Counted from the stretch's first letter, positions 1 through 9,460 are shown. The stretch is 64,000 nt of DNA from Myxococcota bacterium (GCA_036788295.1 DAIQNR010000004.1:47187-111186), one strand, 5' to 3'. Translations and numbers: made by a program. Notes: generated by a model from the sequence alone, not told the origin.

Positions 1-71
1 TTGGAGTCGATGGTATCCACGTCCTCCGTCGCGGCCCACAGCAGCACGTGGGTGTCGATGAGCACCCGCAT
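1..71 (-). CDS. vapC: PIN-domain (VapC) toxin, 5' part only (runs off the window edge)
   Basis: Reverse strand reads MRVLIDTHVLLWAATEDVDTIDS, a typical PIN N-terminus (hDTHhhhW). Its ATG (71-69) overlaps the antitoxin TGA by 1 nt. Confidence 0.85.
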   Translation of the reverse strand, partial: MRVLIDTHVLLWAATEDVDTIDS

Positions 72-310
72 CAGTCGATGATGCCGAGGACGCGGGCTTC
101 CTCGTCGGGCCAGCTGTCCCAGTCGCCAGGCAGCGTCACGCTCTTCGGGAGTAGACGAAAGCGTCGGGCCCCATCCGCCGGTACCTGCGCAGTGATCCGC
201 GCGACAGGCTTCCCCATCCTCAGGATGATGACGTCCTCGCCCGCCTGAACTCGGTCCACGACCTCCGCGAGGCGGGCCTTGACCTCGGTGATGTTCATGC
301 TCTTCGCCAC
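71..310 (-). CDS. Phd/YefM-family antitoxin
   Basis: MNITEVKARLAEVVDRVQAGEDVIILRMGKPVARI matches the Phd/YefM N-terminal signature; directly upstream of a PIN gene. Confidence 0.9.
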   Translation of the reverse strand: MAKSMNITEVKARLAEVVDRVQAGEDVIILRMGKPVARITAQVPADGARRFRLLPKSVTLPGDWDSWPDEEARVLGIID

Positions 311-320
311 GCAGCCGAAT

Positions 321-343
321 CTGGTCAGACCTGGTCGGACCAG
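321..343. promoter_or_regulatory. Probable TA autoregulatory operator (two tandem GGTCnGACC palindromes)
   Basis: CTGGTCAGAC-CTGGTCGGACCAG, 11 nt upstream of the antitoxin start. Operator role is inferred. Confidence 0.6.
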
Positions 344-378
344 TCAAAGCGAATCGGACCAGCTTTCGGATGGTCGGT

Positions 379-398
379 GTCCGGGTCGAGACCCGGAC
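379..398. terminator. Hairpin between the two TA modules
   Basis: GTCCGGGTC-GA-GACCCGGAC, a 9-bp inverted repeat with no U-tract; function uncertain. Confidence 0.3.
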
Positions 399-481
399 GG
401 TCTCGGCGTGCTGAGAGGCCGGTGTCCCCGGCGCTGTGGAGGTGGCGCCCGCCGAAAGCCGCCCTTGGGCTGTACGAGGGG

Positions 482-928
482 TTAGCTTCCGTCACATCGT
501 CTGAGGGGGTTGACGACGGTCAGTGAGGCGACTCGCCCGAAGTCGCGGTCGGCGCTCCATAGCTCTCGGACGCCATGAGCCTCACAGATGGCCGCAATTC
601 GGCCGTCGTGGACTCTCGGACCAACAGCTCTTCCGGAGACCAGGAGGCGCTCCAGGACTGCGAGATGGTCGGGACCTTCGCCGATGGGTTCGAAGTTCGT
701 ACTCTCGAACCAGCCTCGGACCGCGTCGAGCGCGACCGCCAGGGGGGTGGGTGGGGACCAGATGCGCGGGTGGGTCACGATAGATATGAACTCGTGGACG
801 CATGGCCACGGAACCGTCCACGGCTCACGCGTTCGTCCCAGGGTCTCGAGAGATGTGCGCGCCGCTTCGTGGTCTGGGGATTCAGACCGATGCGCGTAGA
901 CCAAGACATTGGTGTCGACGGCGATCAC
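482..928 (-). CDS. vapC: PIN-domain (VapC) toxin
   Basis: MIAVDTNVLVYA N-terminus, acidic PIN residues (E in CVHEF, D in VHDGRIAA, D in SADRDF); GTGA overlap with the antitoxin. Confidence 0.92.
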   Translation of the reverse strand: MIAVDTNVLVYAHRSESPDHEAARTSLETLGRTREPWTVPWPCVHEFISIVTHPRIWSPPTPLAVALDAVRGWFESTNFEPIGEGPDHLAVLERLLVSGRAVGPRVHDGRIAAICEAHGVRELWSADRDFGRVASLTVVNPLRRCDGS

Positions 929-1167
929 GCTCCTCGACCTGCATACACTTGGGTGAGCATGTCCTCGAAGGACTCGACCCCCGGTTGTAGACCATGGCCG
1001 CTGAAGGTGACGATCCTGGGCGGGACCCTCGTAGCCCCACGCTTTGCGTCGGCCACCACCCGGCGCAGACCTTCTTCCACCAGCGCCTTCAGGGTCGTCT
1101 GCTCTCGCTCAGCCAAAGCCCTCGCGTCGGTCAGCAGCGCGTCCGAAATCTCGACCGTCGTCTTCAT
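925..1167 (-). CDS. vapB: VapB-type ribbon-helix-helix antitoxin (80 aa)
   Basis: MKTTVEISDALL...ALVEEGLRRV. True start is ATG 1167, not the track start at 1458; overlaps vapC by 4 nt. Confidence 0.88.
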   Translation of the reverse strand: MKTTVEISDALLTDARALAEREQTTLKALVEEGLRRVVADAKRGATRVPPRIVTFSGHGLQPGVESFEDMLTQVYAGRGA

Positions 1168-1181
1168 ATGGGCGCCCATAT
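1166..1181. promoter_or_regulatory. Perfect 16-bp palindrome at the vapB start, probable operator
   Basis: ATATGGGCGCCCATAT overlaps the start codon region. Confidence 0.65.
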
Positions 1182-1405
1182 CACCGCGGCCAGCCGCCTG
1201 TCCATGCCGGACTCGCCGGCCGGCACGGCAACCGCTCGGTGGGCTTTCGAGACCCTCGTCGTGGAGACGTCTTCGGGCGCCGCCACCAGCTGACGATTGA
1301 GCGCCTCCCCCGGATGACGGGCGACCGCGTGTGGTCATCGCCCCTCGGAGTAGCCCGGCGCCGGCGTTGTCGTTCACTTTGGGGCCTCGAGGGAGCGACA
1401 ACCGG

Positions 1406-1433
1406 GCTTGTTGCTCATGCATGAGCAACAAGC
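1406..1433. repeat. Perfect 28-bp loopless palindrome
   Basis: GCTTGTTGCTCATG|CATGAGCAACAAGC in the divergent vapB / helicase intergenic region. Confidence 0.9.
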
Positions 1434-1616
1434 TCGAGGGCCCCCGAAAAAAGGACACCCTACCTCCCTCCGGCGATGTTGAAATGCACCTCTACCCGCA
1501 TGGGCCCGTGGCCGAGGGTGGTGGGGGCGGTGGGGCTCGGGCAAGGTGGGCGGCATGAGGGCTCGGGACAGCTCCATCGCCGCGACTGTCGCCGCCTCGG
1601 GCTCGCGGGGGCGACC

Positions 1617-4600
1617 GTGACCGACGAGGCGGCTCGGCTCGCGCTGCGGGGCGCGCTCGACCAGACGTTTTTCGTCGAGGCCGCGGCGGGGACCGGCAAG
1701 ACCCACGAGCTGGTCCAGCGGGCGGTGGCGCTGATCGCCGGCGGCGCGTGCGAAGTGGACCGCCTCGCCGTGGTCAGCTTCACTGCGAAGGCGGCAGGCG
1801 ACCTGTCGCTTCGGATCCGGGCGAGCCTCGACCAGGCGCGAGCGACGGCGACGGATCGGGAGAAGGCCCGGCTCGAGGACGCGATCGCTCGGCTCGAGGA
1901 GGCCACGATCGACACCATCCATGGGTTCGCGGGCAGCCTGCTGCGGGCGAGGCCGATCGAGGCCGGGCTCGACCCCAGCTTCACGGTGTCGGGCTCAGGT
2001 CGAACCCTGCTCGGGCGGGTGCTCCGGGCGTGGTTTGCCGAACGGCTCGCCGACCCGAGCCCGGCGCTCGAGCGGTTCTTGGCTCGATCTCGGCGCAGCA
2101 GCATGGATGCGCCGAGCGCCGTGCTCGAGGACGCCGCTTGGGCGGTGCTCAACTACCGGGAGCTCGACGCGCCGTGGCCCCGGCCCGACGTGGACCTCGC
2201 GGCGGCGGCCGACGAGGCCGAAAAGGCGCTGCTCGACGCGGCGTCGCTGCTGTCGAAGGGGGATGAGAGCGACGAGCTTCGCCGGTCCTACGCCGAGATC
2301 GAGGGGCTGGCGGTGGGCCTTCCAGGCGCGACCCCAGCCGAGCGGGAGGCGGTGCTGGCGGAGGCGCGGCGCATCTCAATCCGGGCAAAGAGGAAGCCGA
2401 AGGGGCACGGGCCGTACGCGCCGGGGGTGCCGCGGGGGGACGTCCGTCGCGCCGTCGATGGGATGCTGCGTTCGCTCGACCGCTTCGAGACGCCGGCCCA
2501 GCAGGACCTCGCCGCGCTGATGCGAGAGGAGCTTCGGGCCCCCGTCGAGCGCTACCTCGAGCTGTCGAAGGCGGCCGGGCAGCTCGACTTTGGCGGGGTG
2601 CTGCTCGCCGCCCGGGACCTCTTGAGGGATGAGCCGGAAGCGAGGAGGGCGCTGCAGAGCCGGTTTCAGCGGATCCTGGTCGATGAGTTCCAGGACACCG
2701 ACCCGCTGCAAGTCGAGATCCTGCTCTTTCTTGCGAGCGAGGACCCCGAAGAGAAGGACCCGTGGCGGTGCCGGCCCGCTCCTGGCCGCCTCATGCTGGT
2801 TGGGGATCCGAAGCAGTCGATCTATGGGTTTCGGAGAGCCGACCTCGAGCAGTACCGGGCCGTCCGCGACTTGATGTCGTCCTCGGGGGCAAAGGTCGTG
2901 ACGCTGAGCCGGAGCCACCGCTCCGTGCGCCCCCTGCAGGATTTCGTGAACCACGCGTTTTCGCCCCGGTTCGTGCCCGATGCCGGCCAGCCGGCCTATG
3001 TCCCGCTCGAGGGCGGGCCAATGCCCATCGAAGGCCAGCCGGCGGTGGTCGCGCTCCCGGTGTACGGCTCTCCAAAAGAGTTTCAAGCGGCCGCCGCTCG
3101 GGTGGTCGCGAACTTCGTTCATTGGCTGGTCCAGGCGAAGGCGTGGTCGGTCCGGGGGGAGGAAGGCTTGCGCCGGGTGGAGACGTCCGACGTCTGCCTC
3201 TTGTTCAAGCAAGCCCAATCCTGGTCGGTGCCGACGACGGCAAAGTTTCAGGATGCGCTCGAGGACCGGGGGCTCGACAACGTGCTCGTGGGCAGCCGAG
3301 CCCTGTCCGGCCGAGAAGAGGTGGAGGCCCTTCATACCGCGCTGTCGGCGATCGAGCGCCCGGAAGACGAGCTGTCGGTGTACGGGACCCTGCGGGGGCC
3401 GCTGTTTTCGCTCCCGGACGAGACGTTGTGGCTGGTGGGGCAGGCCCGGGGCACGCTGAACCCATTTTCGAAGCGCCCGACCGACGACGCGGCGCTCGAC
3501 GACGCGCTCGCGACGCTCCGCGATCTCTCCCGGCGCCGAAACCGCCGGCCTTTCGCCGAGACCGTGACCGATCTGCTGAAGAAGACCCGCGCCCACGTCG
3601 CGCTCGGCCTGTGGCGCGGCGGCCCGCGGGTGCTCGCCCACGTCGAGCGGGTGCTCGAGCTGGCCCGGGCCCACGAATCGGAGGAAGGCCTGAGCTTTCG
3701 TGGGTTCGTGGACCGGCTCGGGGACGAGCTCGAGAAGCCGCGGTCCACCGACGGGCCGGTGAACGAGGAGAGCGCGCCCGGGGTGCGGCTGATGACCGCC
3801 CACAAGTCAAAAGGGCTCGAGTTTCCGGTGGTGGTGCTCGCCGACCCCCATACCAAAAGCTTTGGCGCAGCGAAGCGAGAGATCCGGCCGAAGAGCGGCT
3901 TGGCCGCGTTTTCGATCGCGGGGCTGTCTCCGCTCCTGAACGACGACGGTCCCGGCCACGATCTCGAGAGTCTGCGGCTCGCTTACGTCGCCGCCACCCG
4001 GGCCCGGGACCTGCTGGTCATCCCCTGTCTCGTGGGGGACGACGGAAAGATCGTTCGCGAAGGCTGGCTCGAGCCGCTGCTTCGGTGGATGGAGCCCGAA
4101 GGGGCGGCGATGCCGTGCCCAGGACTCCCCGATAGCGGCCGCCGGTGGGGGCCTGCCCCGTTTGGCCTCTTTTCGACGAAAGTGCCCGGGGTCGAGGTGG
4201 CGTGGTGGGATCCGAACTATCGCGCGCCGGGGATTCGCCTCGGCCGAGGGATCGCGTTCGAGTCCTTTCTCGAGCGGGGGCCCCGCTCCCACGAGTTCGT
4301 GGACATTCACAGCGACTGGCAAGCCAGGCTCGAGAAGGTCCGAGGCGATGGTTCACACGCGACCCGGCTCAGGCAGGATCTCGCCGTTCGGCCGCGAAAG
4401 AAGGGCCCGCCGATCTCGGACCGGACGGTGGCCGGGGCCCCGGTGGGGCCGGGCGGCCGGCGATACGGGACGCTCGTTCATCGGGCGGCCCGCGAACTCA
4501 ATTTCGGGGCGGATGGGGGCCAAGGTGAGATCGAGGCGCTGGTCGTCCTGCACGCCCGGGCGCTCGACGCGCCGGAGGCGGAGCGGAAGGCGGCGGTGTC

Positions 4601-4919
4601 GGCGCTTACGGCCCTGCTCGCCGACCCGCTGGTTCAGAGGGCCCGGGCCGCGCCGCGCGTGCTCCGGGACCACCCGGTGGTCGCGATCGCCGAAGATGGT
4701 TCGGTCGTCGATGTCCGAATCGACCTCTTGTTCGACGACGGCCACGGCCTCGTCGCCGTCGATCTCATCACCGGCTCAGCCGACCCCAACGCGGTCCGAG
4801 GCAAAATGGCTCACGCGCTCGCCGCGCTCGCCGCCGCGAAGGAGCGGGTCGCCGCCGGCGTGCTGCTCCGCCTCGACGCCCAAAAGTCGAGGAACCGTAG
4901 TCCGCTGGCGACAGGGTAG
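1617..4919 (+). CDS. UvrD/AddA(RecB)-like SF1 helicase with C-terminal PD-(D/E)xK-like domain
   Basis: AAAGTGKT, DEFQD, VGDPKQSIYGFRRAD, TAHKSKGLEFPVV, YVAATRARD; C-terminal GTLVH...RIDLL...VDLIT. GTG start at 1617 is inferred. Confidence 0.88.
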   Translation: MTDEAARLALRGALDQTFFVEAAAGTGKTHELVQRAVALIAGGACEVDRLAVVSFTAKAAGDLSLRIRASLDQARATATDREKARLEDAIARLEEATIDTIHGFAGSLLRARPIEAGLDPSFTVSGSGRTLLGRVLRAWFAERLADPSPALERFLARSRRSSMDAPSAVLEDAAWAVLNYRELDAPWPRPDVDLAAAADEAEKALLDAASLLSKGDESDELRRSYAEIEGLAVGLPGATPAEREAVLAEARRISIRAKRKPKGHGPYAPGVPRGDVRRAVDGMLRSLDRFETPAQQDLAALMREELRAPVERYLELSKAAGQLDFGGVLLAARDLLRDEPEARRALQSRFQRILVDEFQDTDPLQVEILLFLASEDPEEKDPWRCRPAPGRLMLVGDPKQSIYGFRRADLEQYRAVRDLMSSSGAKVVTLSRSHRSVRPLQDFVNHAFSPRFVPDAGQPAYVPLEGGPMPIEGQPAVVALPVYGSPKEFQAAAARVVANFVHWLVQAKAWSVRGEEGLRRVETSDVCLLFKQAQSWSVPTTAKFQDALEDRGLDNVLVGSRALSGREEVEALHTALSAIERPEDELSVYGTLRGPLFSLPDETLWLVGQARGTLNPFSKRPTDDAALDDALATLRDLSRRRNRRPFAETVTDLLKKTRAHVALGLWRGGPRVLAHVERVLELARAHESEEGLSFRGFVDRLGDELEKPRSTDGPVNEESAPGVRLMTAHKSKGLEFPVVVLADPHTKSFGAAKREIRPKSGLAAFSIAGLSPLLNDDGPGHDLESLRLAYVAATRARDLLVIPCLVGDDGKIVREGWLEPLLRWMEPEGAAMPCPGLPDSGRRWGPAPFGLFSTKVPGVEVAWWDPNYRAPGIRLGRGIAFESFLERGPRSHEFVDIHSDWQARLEKVRGDGSHATRLRQDLAVRPRKKGPPISDRTVAGAPVGPGGRRYGTLVHRAARELNFGADGGQGEIEALVVLHARALDAPEAERKAAVSALTALLADPLVQRARAAPRVLRDHPVVAIAEDGSVVDVRIDLLFDDGHGLVAVDLITGSADPNAVRGKMAHALAALAAAKERVAAGVLLRLDAQKSRNRSPLATG

Positions 4920-4981
4920 CCCGAGTTTCAGCCGTGAGCGGACGGTGGCGCAGGGCGGGTGGTCCGGCGTAGGGTGGGGTC

Positions 4982-5935
4982 ATGACGGCGGAGGCCGAGT
5001 TTGCAAGCGGTGCGCACGGGGAGGCGCCGCTCGCCGAGGAAAGCGGAGCGCGCAGGGCGGGGCGGGGACCGGGGGCTTTGGACCGCCTCGAGCGGGCGCT
5101 GCTGCGGCAGGTCCGGACGACGTGCCAGTCGTGGCAGCTGCTCGAGCCCGGCGACCGGATCATGGTGTGTCTCAGCGGGGGCAAGGACAGCTATACGCTG
5201 CTCTACCTCTTGCTGAAGCTCCGGCCGAAGCTGCCGTTTCCGGTGGATCTCATCGCCGTGCACCTCGATCAGCGCCAGCCTGGCTACGACGGCTCGGGGC
5301 TCCTGCGATGGCTCGAGCAGGCCGGCGCCCCCTACGAGATCCTGTCCGAGGACACCTACTCGGTGGTCACCTCCCACCTCGACGGGGGCTCGACCTATTG
5401 CTCGCTGTGCTCGCGGCTGAGGCGGGGGATCCTGTACACGGCGGCGGAGCGGCTCGGATGCAACAAGATCGCCCTCGGCCACCATCGGGACGACAGCCTC
5501 GAGACGTTCTTGATGAACCTCTTCTACGCCGGAAAGCTGCAGGCCATGCCGGCGAGCTACGTCACGAACGACGGCCGCTTCCGGGTCATTCGGCCCCTGA
5601 TGGGCTCGGCCGAGGCCGACATCGCCGCCTACGCGAAGGCGAGGGAGTTTCCGATCCTCCCGTGCAACCTCTGTGGCTCGCAGCCGGGCCTGCTCCGGGA
5701 TCGAATGACCGCGCTCATCGACCAGCTCGAGCGGGACAACCCGAACGTCCGGGCGGTCATGGCCCACGCGATCGCGAACGTGCGCCCCACCCACCTGCTC
5801 GACCCGGAGGTGCTCGAGGCGTGGAGCCAGCGCCCCGAGCACGTCCGTCCTGACCGAGCGACCGAGCCTCGGCCCCGGCACGCCGCGGCCGAGCCGGTGC
5901 TCGCATCCCCAGGCCGGCTCCCGATTCTCCGCTGA
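4982..5935 (+). CDS. ttcA: tRNA 2-thiocytidine(32) synthetase TtcA
   Basis: PP-loop SGGKDS, CSLCSRLRRG, GHHRDD, CNLC. Confidence 0.93.
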   Translation: MTAEAEFASGAHGEAPLAEESGARRAGRGPGALDRLERALLRQVRTTCQSWQLLEPGDRIMVCLSGGKDSYTLLYLLLKLRPKLPFPVDLIAVHLDQRQPGYDGSGLLRWLEQAGAPYEILSEDTYSVVTSHLDGGSTYCSLCSRLRRGILYTAAERLGCNKIALGHHRDDSLETFLMNLFYAGKLQAMPASYVTNDGRFRVIRPLMGSAEADIAAYAKAREFPILPCNLCGSQPGLLRDRMTALIDQLERDNPNVRAVMAHAIANVRPTHLLDPEVLEAWSQRPEHVRPDRATEPRPRHAAAEPVLASPGRLPILR

Positions 5936-5972
5936 GTTCTGCTGGGTTTCGCCGCGCGAGCTCCCACCGGGT

Positions 5973-6311
5973 TCAAGCCGATCGTTCGGCTATTGCTGGA
6001 TCGAATCGTTCCTGCTCTGGCTTCGTTCGAAAGTGCACGTTGGGAACGTAACCGCTTTCCTCGATCGCCTGTTCGAGTTCGCCGAGCACGGACAGCAGCC
6101 CTCCCGGGCGAAGGGAGCTATCGGTAAGCCGGCCGTCCGCTCCGATGGGAGATACTCCTTCAGGAATGACCAAAGTCACCCATGCGGTTGGGTACCCATG
6201 AAGATCGGCGCTACTTTGGACCTCGAACTCAAAAATGATAGGATTCTTTCTGATGACTTCCTCCACCAAGCCAAGCAGAACAAGGATGGGGTGTTGCCGA
6301 ACGGGTGTCAT
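5973..6311 (-). CDS. Small hypothetical protein (112 aa), AT-richer than its surroundings
   Basis: Open frame MTPVRQHPILVLLG...AERSA; 60 of 120 bases are G+C at 6181-6300. No confident family. Confidence 0.5.
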   Translation of the reverse strand: MTPVRQHPILVLLGLVEEVIRKNPIIFEFEVQSSADLHGYPTAWVTLVIPEGVSPIGADGRLTDSSLRPGGLLSVLGELEQAIEESGYVPNVHFRTKPEQERFDPAIAERSA

Positions 6312-6450
6312 GTAGGCCGAGCCTGCCACAGTCCACGAACGCCCGCAATGCGCTGCCCCGGGCGGGGCGCAATTCCTGGCACGCGGGCGAGCGGTGGGCA
6401 CTGGCTGCCCCGGACACGGCAAGGATGTGCCACCCGCCATGCAAGACTGC

Positions 6451-7185
6451 TCAAGGAGCGTCGGGTCGGCGGCCCAAGAGAAAGACCCGTGGGGTGCGGG
6501 CCTCGACGGTGTGCTCCGGGATCGGCTCGGCCTCGAAGCCGGCCTGCTCGAGCAAGCGGAGCCACGTCGCTCGAGAGAAGAGACCGAATTGGTGGGTTTC
6601 GTGGAAGGACCGGACCGTGCCGTCGACCTCGCGGACCAAAAACGAGTACTCGACGGAACCTACCGTATCGCTCGGGTCGGGGTCATGGCTCCACTCGAGG
6701 TAGCGAACGCCCTCCCCTTCGGCGCCATCGCTGCCGCCGCACTCGGTGCCGGGTTCGAACGATTCGAGGAAGGTGTCGGGGACGAGCAGCGCGATCCCGC
6801 CTGCTCGGCAATGACGGTAGGCCGTCGCCATCGCTAAAGCGAGGTCGGCCTCGGAGGTCATGTAGTCGATGGCGTCATGAATCAAGACGACGTCGAAGCT
6901 TCGTCCCAGATCCAGGGTGCGCATATCGCCTTGGATGTGCTCGCACTCGGGGTTGAGGCGCTTCGATACTTCGAGCATCTCGGCGCTCAGGTCGCTGAGG
7001 GTGATCTGAAAGTGGGACTCGAGGTGGTGCGCGTTGTGGCCTCCGCCGCTGCCGAGCTCCAGGAGGCTTCGTGCCCCGGGGGCCGCTCCACGGATGACTC
7101 GGAGGAACTCACGGGCCTCCGCGGCGTAGTCTTCAACGGGCGAGATGAGGGGCCACCACTTGGCCAGCTCTTGGTAGAAGATCAT
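6451..7185 (-). CDS. Class I SAM-dependent methyltransferase
   Basis: LLELGSGGG motif I, SDLS, QGDMRTLDLGRSFDVV. Confidence 0.9.
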   Translation of the reverse strand: MIFYQELAKWWPLISPVEDYAAEAREFLRVIRGAAPGARSLLELGSGGGHNAHHLESHFQITLSDLSAEMLEVSKRLNPECEHIQGDMRTLDLGRSFDVVLIHDAIDYMTSEADLALAMATAYRHCRAGGIALLVPDTFLESFEPGTECGGSDGAEGEGVRYLEWSHDPDPSDTVGSVEYSFLVREVDGTVRSFHETHQFGLFSRATWLRLLEQAGFEAEPIPEHTVEARTPRVFLLGRRPDAP

Positions 7186-7202
7186 GTCGTTTCCGCACTG
7201 CT

Positions 7203-7778
7203 CTAGCTGCCGTAGCGCTCGACCACCGCCCGCACCTGCTCACGAAAGGCCGCCTCTCGGTACCGGGCAAATTGGTCCCAGGTCGTGAGTGTCGTCGGAT
7301 CCTCCACCCGGTCGAGGAACAAGCGGCCAAAGAGATGATCCACCTCGTGCTGCACGGTCCCGGCGGTGATGCCCCGGTAGGTTTTGTCGATGTATCCGCC
7401 GGCCTCGTCGCGGGCCTCCACCCGCAGGATCGCAAAACGAGGCACGATCCCACGGAGGTTTGGGACTGACAGACAGCCTTCGTAGTTGTCGAACATCTCT
7501 TGTCCGACCGGCGTGAGTTTCGGGTTCACGAGCACGGTCAGCGGGACCTTCGGCTTGTAGGGATAACGGGGGTTGTCGCCCACCTCCATCACGCAGACCT
7601 GCCACGGCTCGTGGATCTGGGGGACGGCGAGGCCGGCCCCGTTCGCGTCCCGCATGGTCTCGATGAGGTCTTCGATCAGCGAATGGAGCCAAGGGGTACC
7701 AAACCGGTCTTCCGGCACCGGTTGGGCCGGGACCCGGAGCCCGGGGTGGCCGACGAGGGCGATCTTGCGAAGGGTCAC
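7203..7778 (-). CDS. def: Peptide deformylase
   Basis: GAGLAVPQ, EGCLSV and QHEVDHL motifs; GTG start at 7778 is inferred. Confidence 0.93.
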   Translation of the reverse strand: MTLRKIALVGHPGLRVPAQPVPEDRFGTPWLHSLIEDLIETMRDANGAGLAVPQIHEPWQVCVMEVGDNPRYPYKPKVPLTVLVNPKLTPVGQEMFDNYEGCLSVPNLRGIVPRFAILRVEARDEAGGYIDKTYRGITAGTVQHEVDHLFGRLFLDRVEDPTTLTTWDQFARYREAAFREQVRAVVERYGS

Positions 7779-7849
7779 CGCGGCTCCGTACTCGGCGCGA
7801 CGCGCCCTGGCCAAGCCCGGTTCTCGTCGAGCGGTTTCTGCCCTACGCT

Positions 7850-8470
7850 ATGGCCATGGTTCGCCGGACCTTCGCCGTTGTCGTAGCCCTGTGCGGATGC
7901 ACCGAGGACGGCGGCCTCGACGTCAGGGAGGAGGAGATCTGCTTCACCCGTCGCGACGGGGCGGGGATCTGCATCGAGACCTACGAGGCCAGCCGCAGGG
8001 ACGCGACCGACACGTCGCCCGGGGTGTCGGACGAGCCTCCGCGCTCGTTTGCGAGCCGGCGCCCGTGGGTCGAGATCACCTGGTCGGCGGCCCGCGACGC
8101 CTGCCTGGCCAAGGGCCGGAGGCTGTGCGAGCGGGACGAGTGGATCGACGCCTGCTCGGGAGCGGTGGGCGAAGGCAACGGGACCCGCTACCCCTACGGC
8201 GCGGAGCTCGACGAGGCGGTCTGCAACGTGACGGGGACCGAACCGGTGGCCGGCGGGAGCTTCGCCGGCTGCGTGTCCGGCTTCGGCGCCTTCGACCTCG
8301 CCGGTAACGTCTGGGAGTGGACGGGCAACAGCGAAGCGGCCGCGGTCGCCCGCGGAGGGGGCTTTCGCTCCTCCGTCGCCCACGAATGCCGGTCCGGAGA
8401 CGATCTGCGGCGGTTCGACCCCCGGCAAGCGAACGTCGAGGTGGGATTTCGGTGCTGTCGCGACGTCTGA
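7850..8470 (+). CDS. Formylglycine-generating enzyme (SUMF1/FGE-sulfatase) family lipoprotein
   Basis: Signal peptide with Cys (VALCGC); FDLAGNVWEW and terminal GFRCC. Confidence 0.85.
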   Translation: MAMVRRTFAVVVALCGCTEDGGLDVREEEICFTRRDGAGICIETYEASRRDATDTSPGVSDEPPRSFASRRPWVEITWSAARDACLAKGRRLCERDEWIDACSGAVGEGNGTRYPYGAELDEAVCNVTGTEPVAGGSFAGCVSGFGAFDLAGNVWEWTGNSEAAAVARGGGFRSSVAHECRSGDDLRRFDPRQANVEVGFRCCRDV

Positions 8471-8476
8471 AGGCGG

Positions 8477-9460
8477 TCAGCGGCGGCGGGATCGGTCCGA
8501 CATCTTGTGAAAGTCCGCCTGCGCGGCGAGCGCGACGTCGACCGCCCGCTTGCCCTCCTCGATCGCCTCTTTGGCCCGGTCGAAGTCCATGAGCCCGACG
8601 TCATGGAGGCGCGGCACGACGTGCAGCTCCGGGGGATCGCCAGCGAGCACGCTGCGGGTGATGCGGCTCTGCATCACCTGAAGGCTCTGGCCGATGACCT
8701 CGTACACGGACGGCCGGGCCTGCTCGCTGCTGTCCTCATGCGGCCAGAACTGGCCGAAGACCCGTTCGGAGAGGTCGGCGAGGTTGTCGAAGAGCCCGCC
8801 TTCTCTGGTCGATTCGGCCTTCTCGAGCTCCGGAGCGATGTTTGGCTCCGCCTCGCTGCCGGAGGCCCGTTTGGCCAGGGCCGCGAGCGGGAGCGCGTCG
8901 GGGTCCACCACCGCGAGCTCGACGGCGATGACGAGGTCCGCACCGAGAGCCCGGGCCAGACTGACCGGTACCGGGTTCAGGAGTCCGCCGTCCACGAGCC
9001 ACCGGCCGTCGATCCGGCGCGGCCCGATGAGCCCTGGGATCGCGATCGAGGCTCGAAGCGCCGTGCGGAGCGGGCCGGAGCGGAGCCAGACTTCGGTCCC
9101 GCCCTGCAGGTCGGTGGCGACCGCCCCAAATCGCATCGGGAGGGCTTCGATGTCGACGTCGGGCAGGACGTCGGTGAGCTGGTCGAAGACGCGGCTCGCC
9201 TCGATGAGCCCCCCGCGAAACGAGAAGTCGAACAGGCCGAGCACGGTGCGGCGGTCGAGGCCCCGGGCCCACGCCTCGAATCGGTCGAGCTTTCCCGCCG
9301 CGTAGGCGGCCCCCACCGCTGCCCCCATCGAGGTCCCGGCCACCACCTCTGGCCTGAGGCCCGCTTGCTCGAGGGCGCGGATGACCCCGATGTGGGCCCA
9401 GCCCCGGGCCCCGCCTCCACCGAGCGCGAGCCCGAGCCGCGGCGGTTTTTTGCGGCTCAT
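8477..9460 (-). CDS. Patatin-like phospholipase (RssA-like)
   Basis: ALGGGGARG, GTSMG nucleophile motif and DGG; start at ATG 9460 (9496 also possible). Confidence 0.9.
   Translation of the reverse strand: MSRKKPPRLGLALGGGGARGWAHIGVIRALEQAGLRPEVVAGTSMGAAVGAAYAAGKLDRFEAWARGLDRRTVLGLFDFSFRGGLIEASRVFDQLTDVLPDVDIEALPMRFGAVATDLQGGTEVWLRSGPLRTALRASIAIPGLIGPRRIDGRWLVDGGLLNPVPVSLARALGADLVIAVELAVVDPDALPLAALAKRASGSEAEPNIAPELEKAESTREGGLFDNLADLSERVFGQFWPHEDSSEQARPSVYEVIGQSLQVMQSRITRSVLAGDPPELHVVPRLHDVGLMDFDRAKEAIEEGKRAVDVALAAQADFHKMSDRSRRR

Noticed and set aside
1182-1400. Gene remnant between vapB and the palindrome
   Set aside because: The frames examined gave no recognisable protein fragment.
6419-6432. 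Sigma54-like TGGCACATCCTTGC on the minus strand
   Set aside because: GG-to-GC spacing is 9 nt instead of the required 10.
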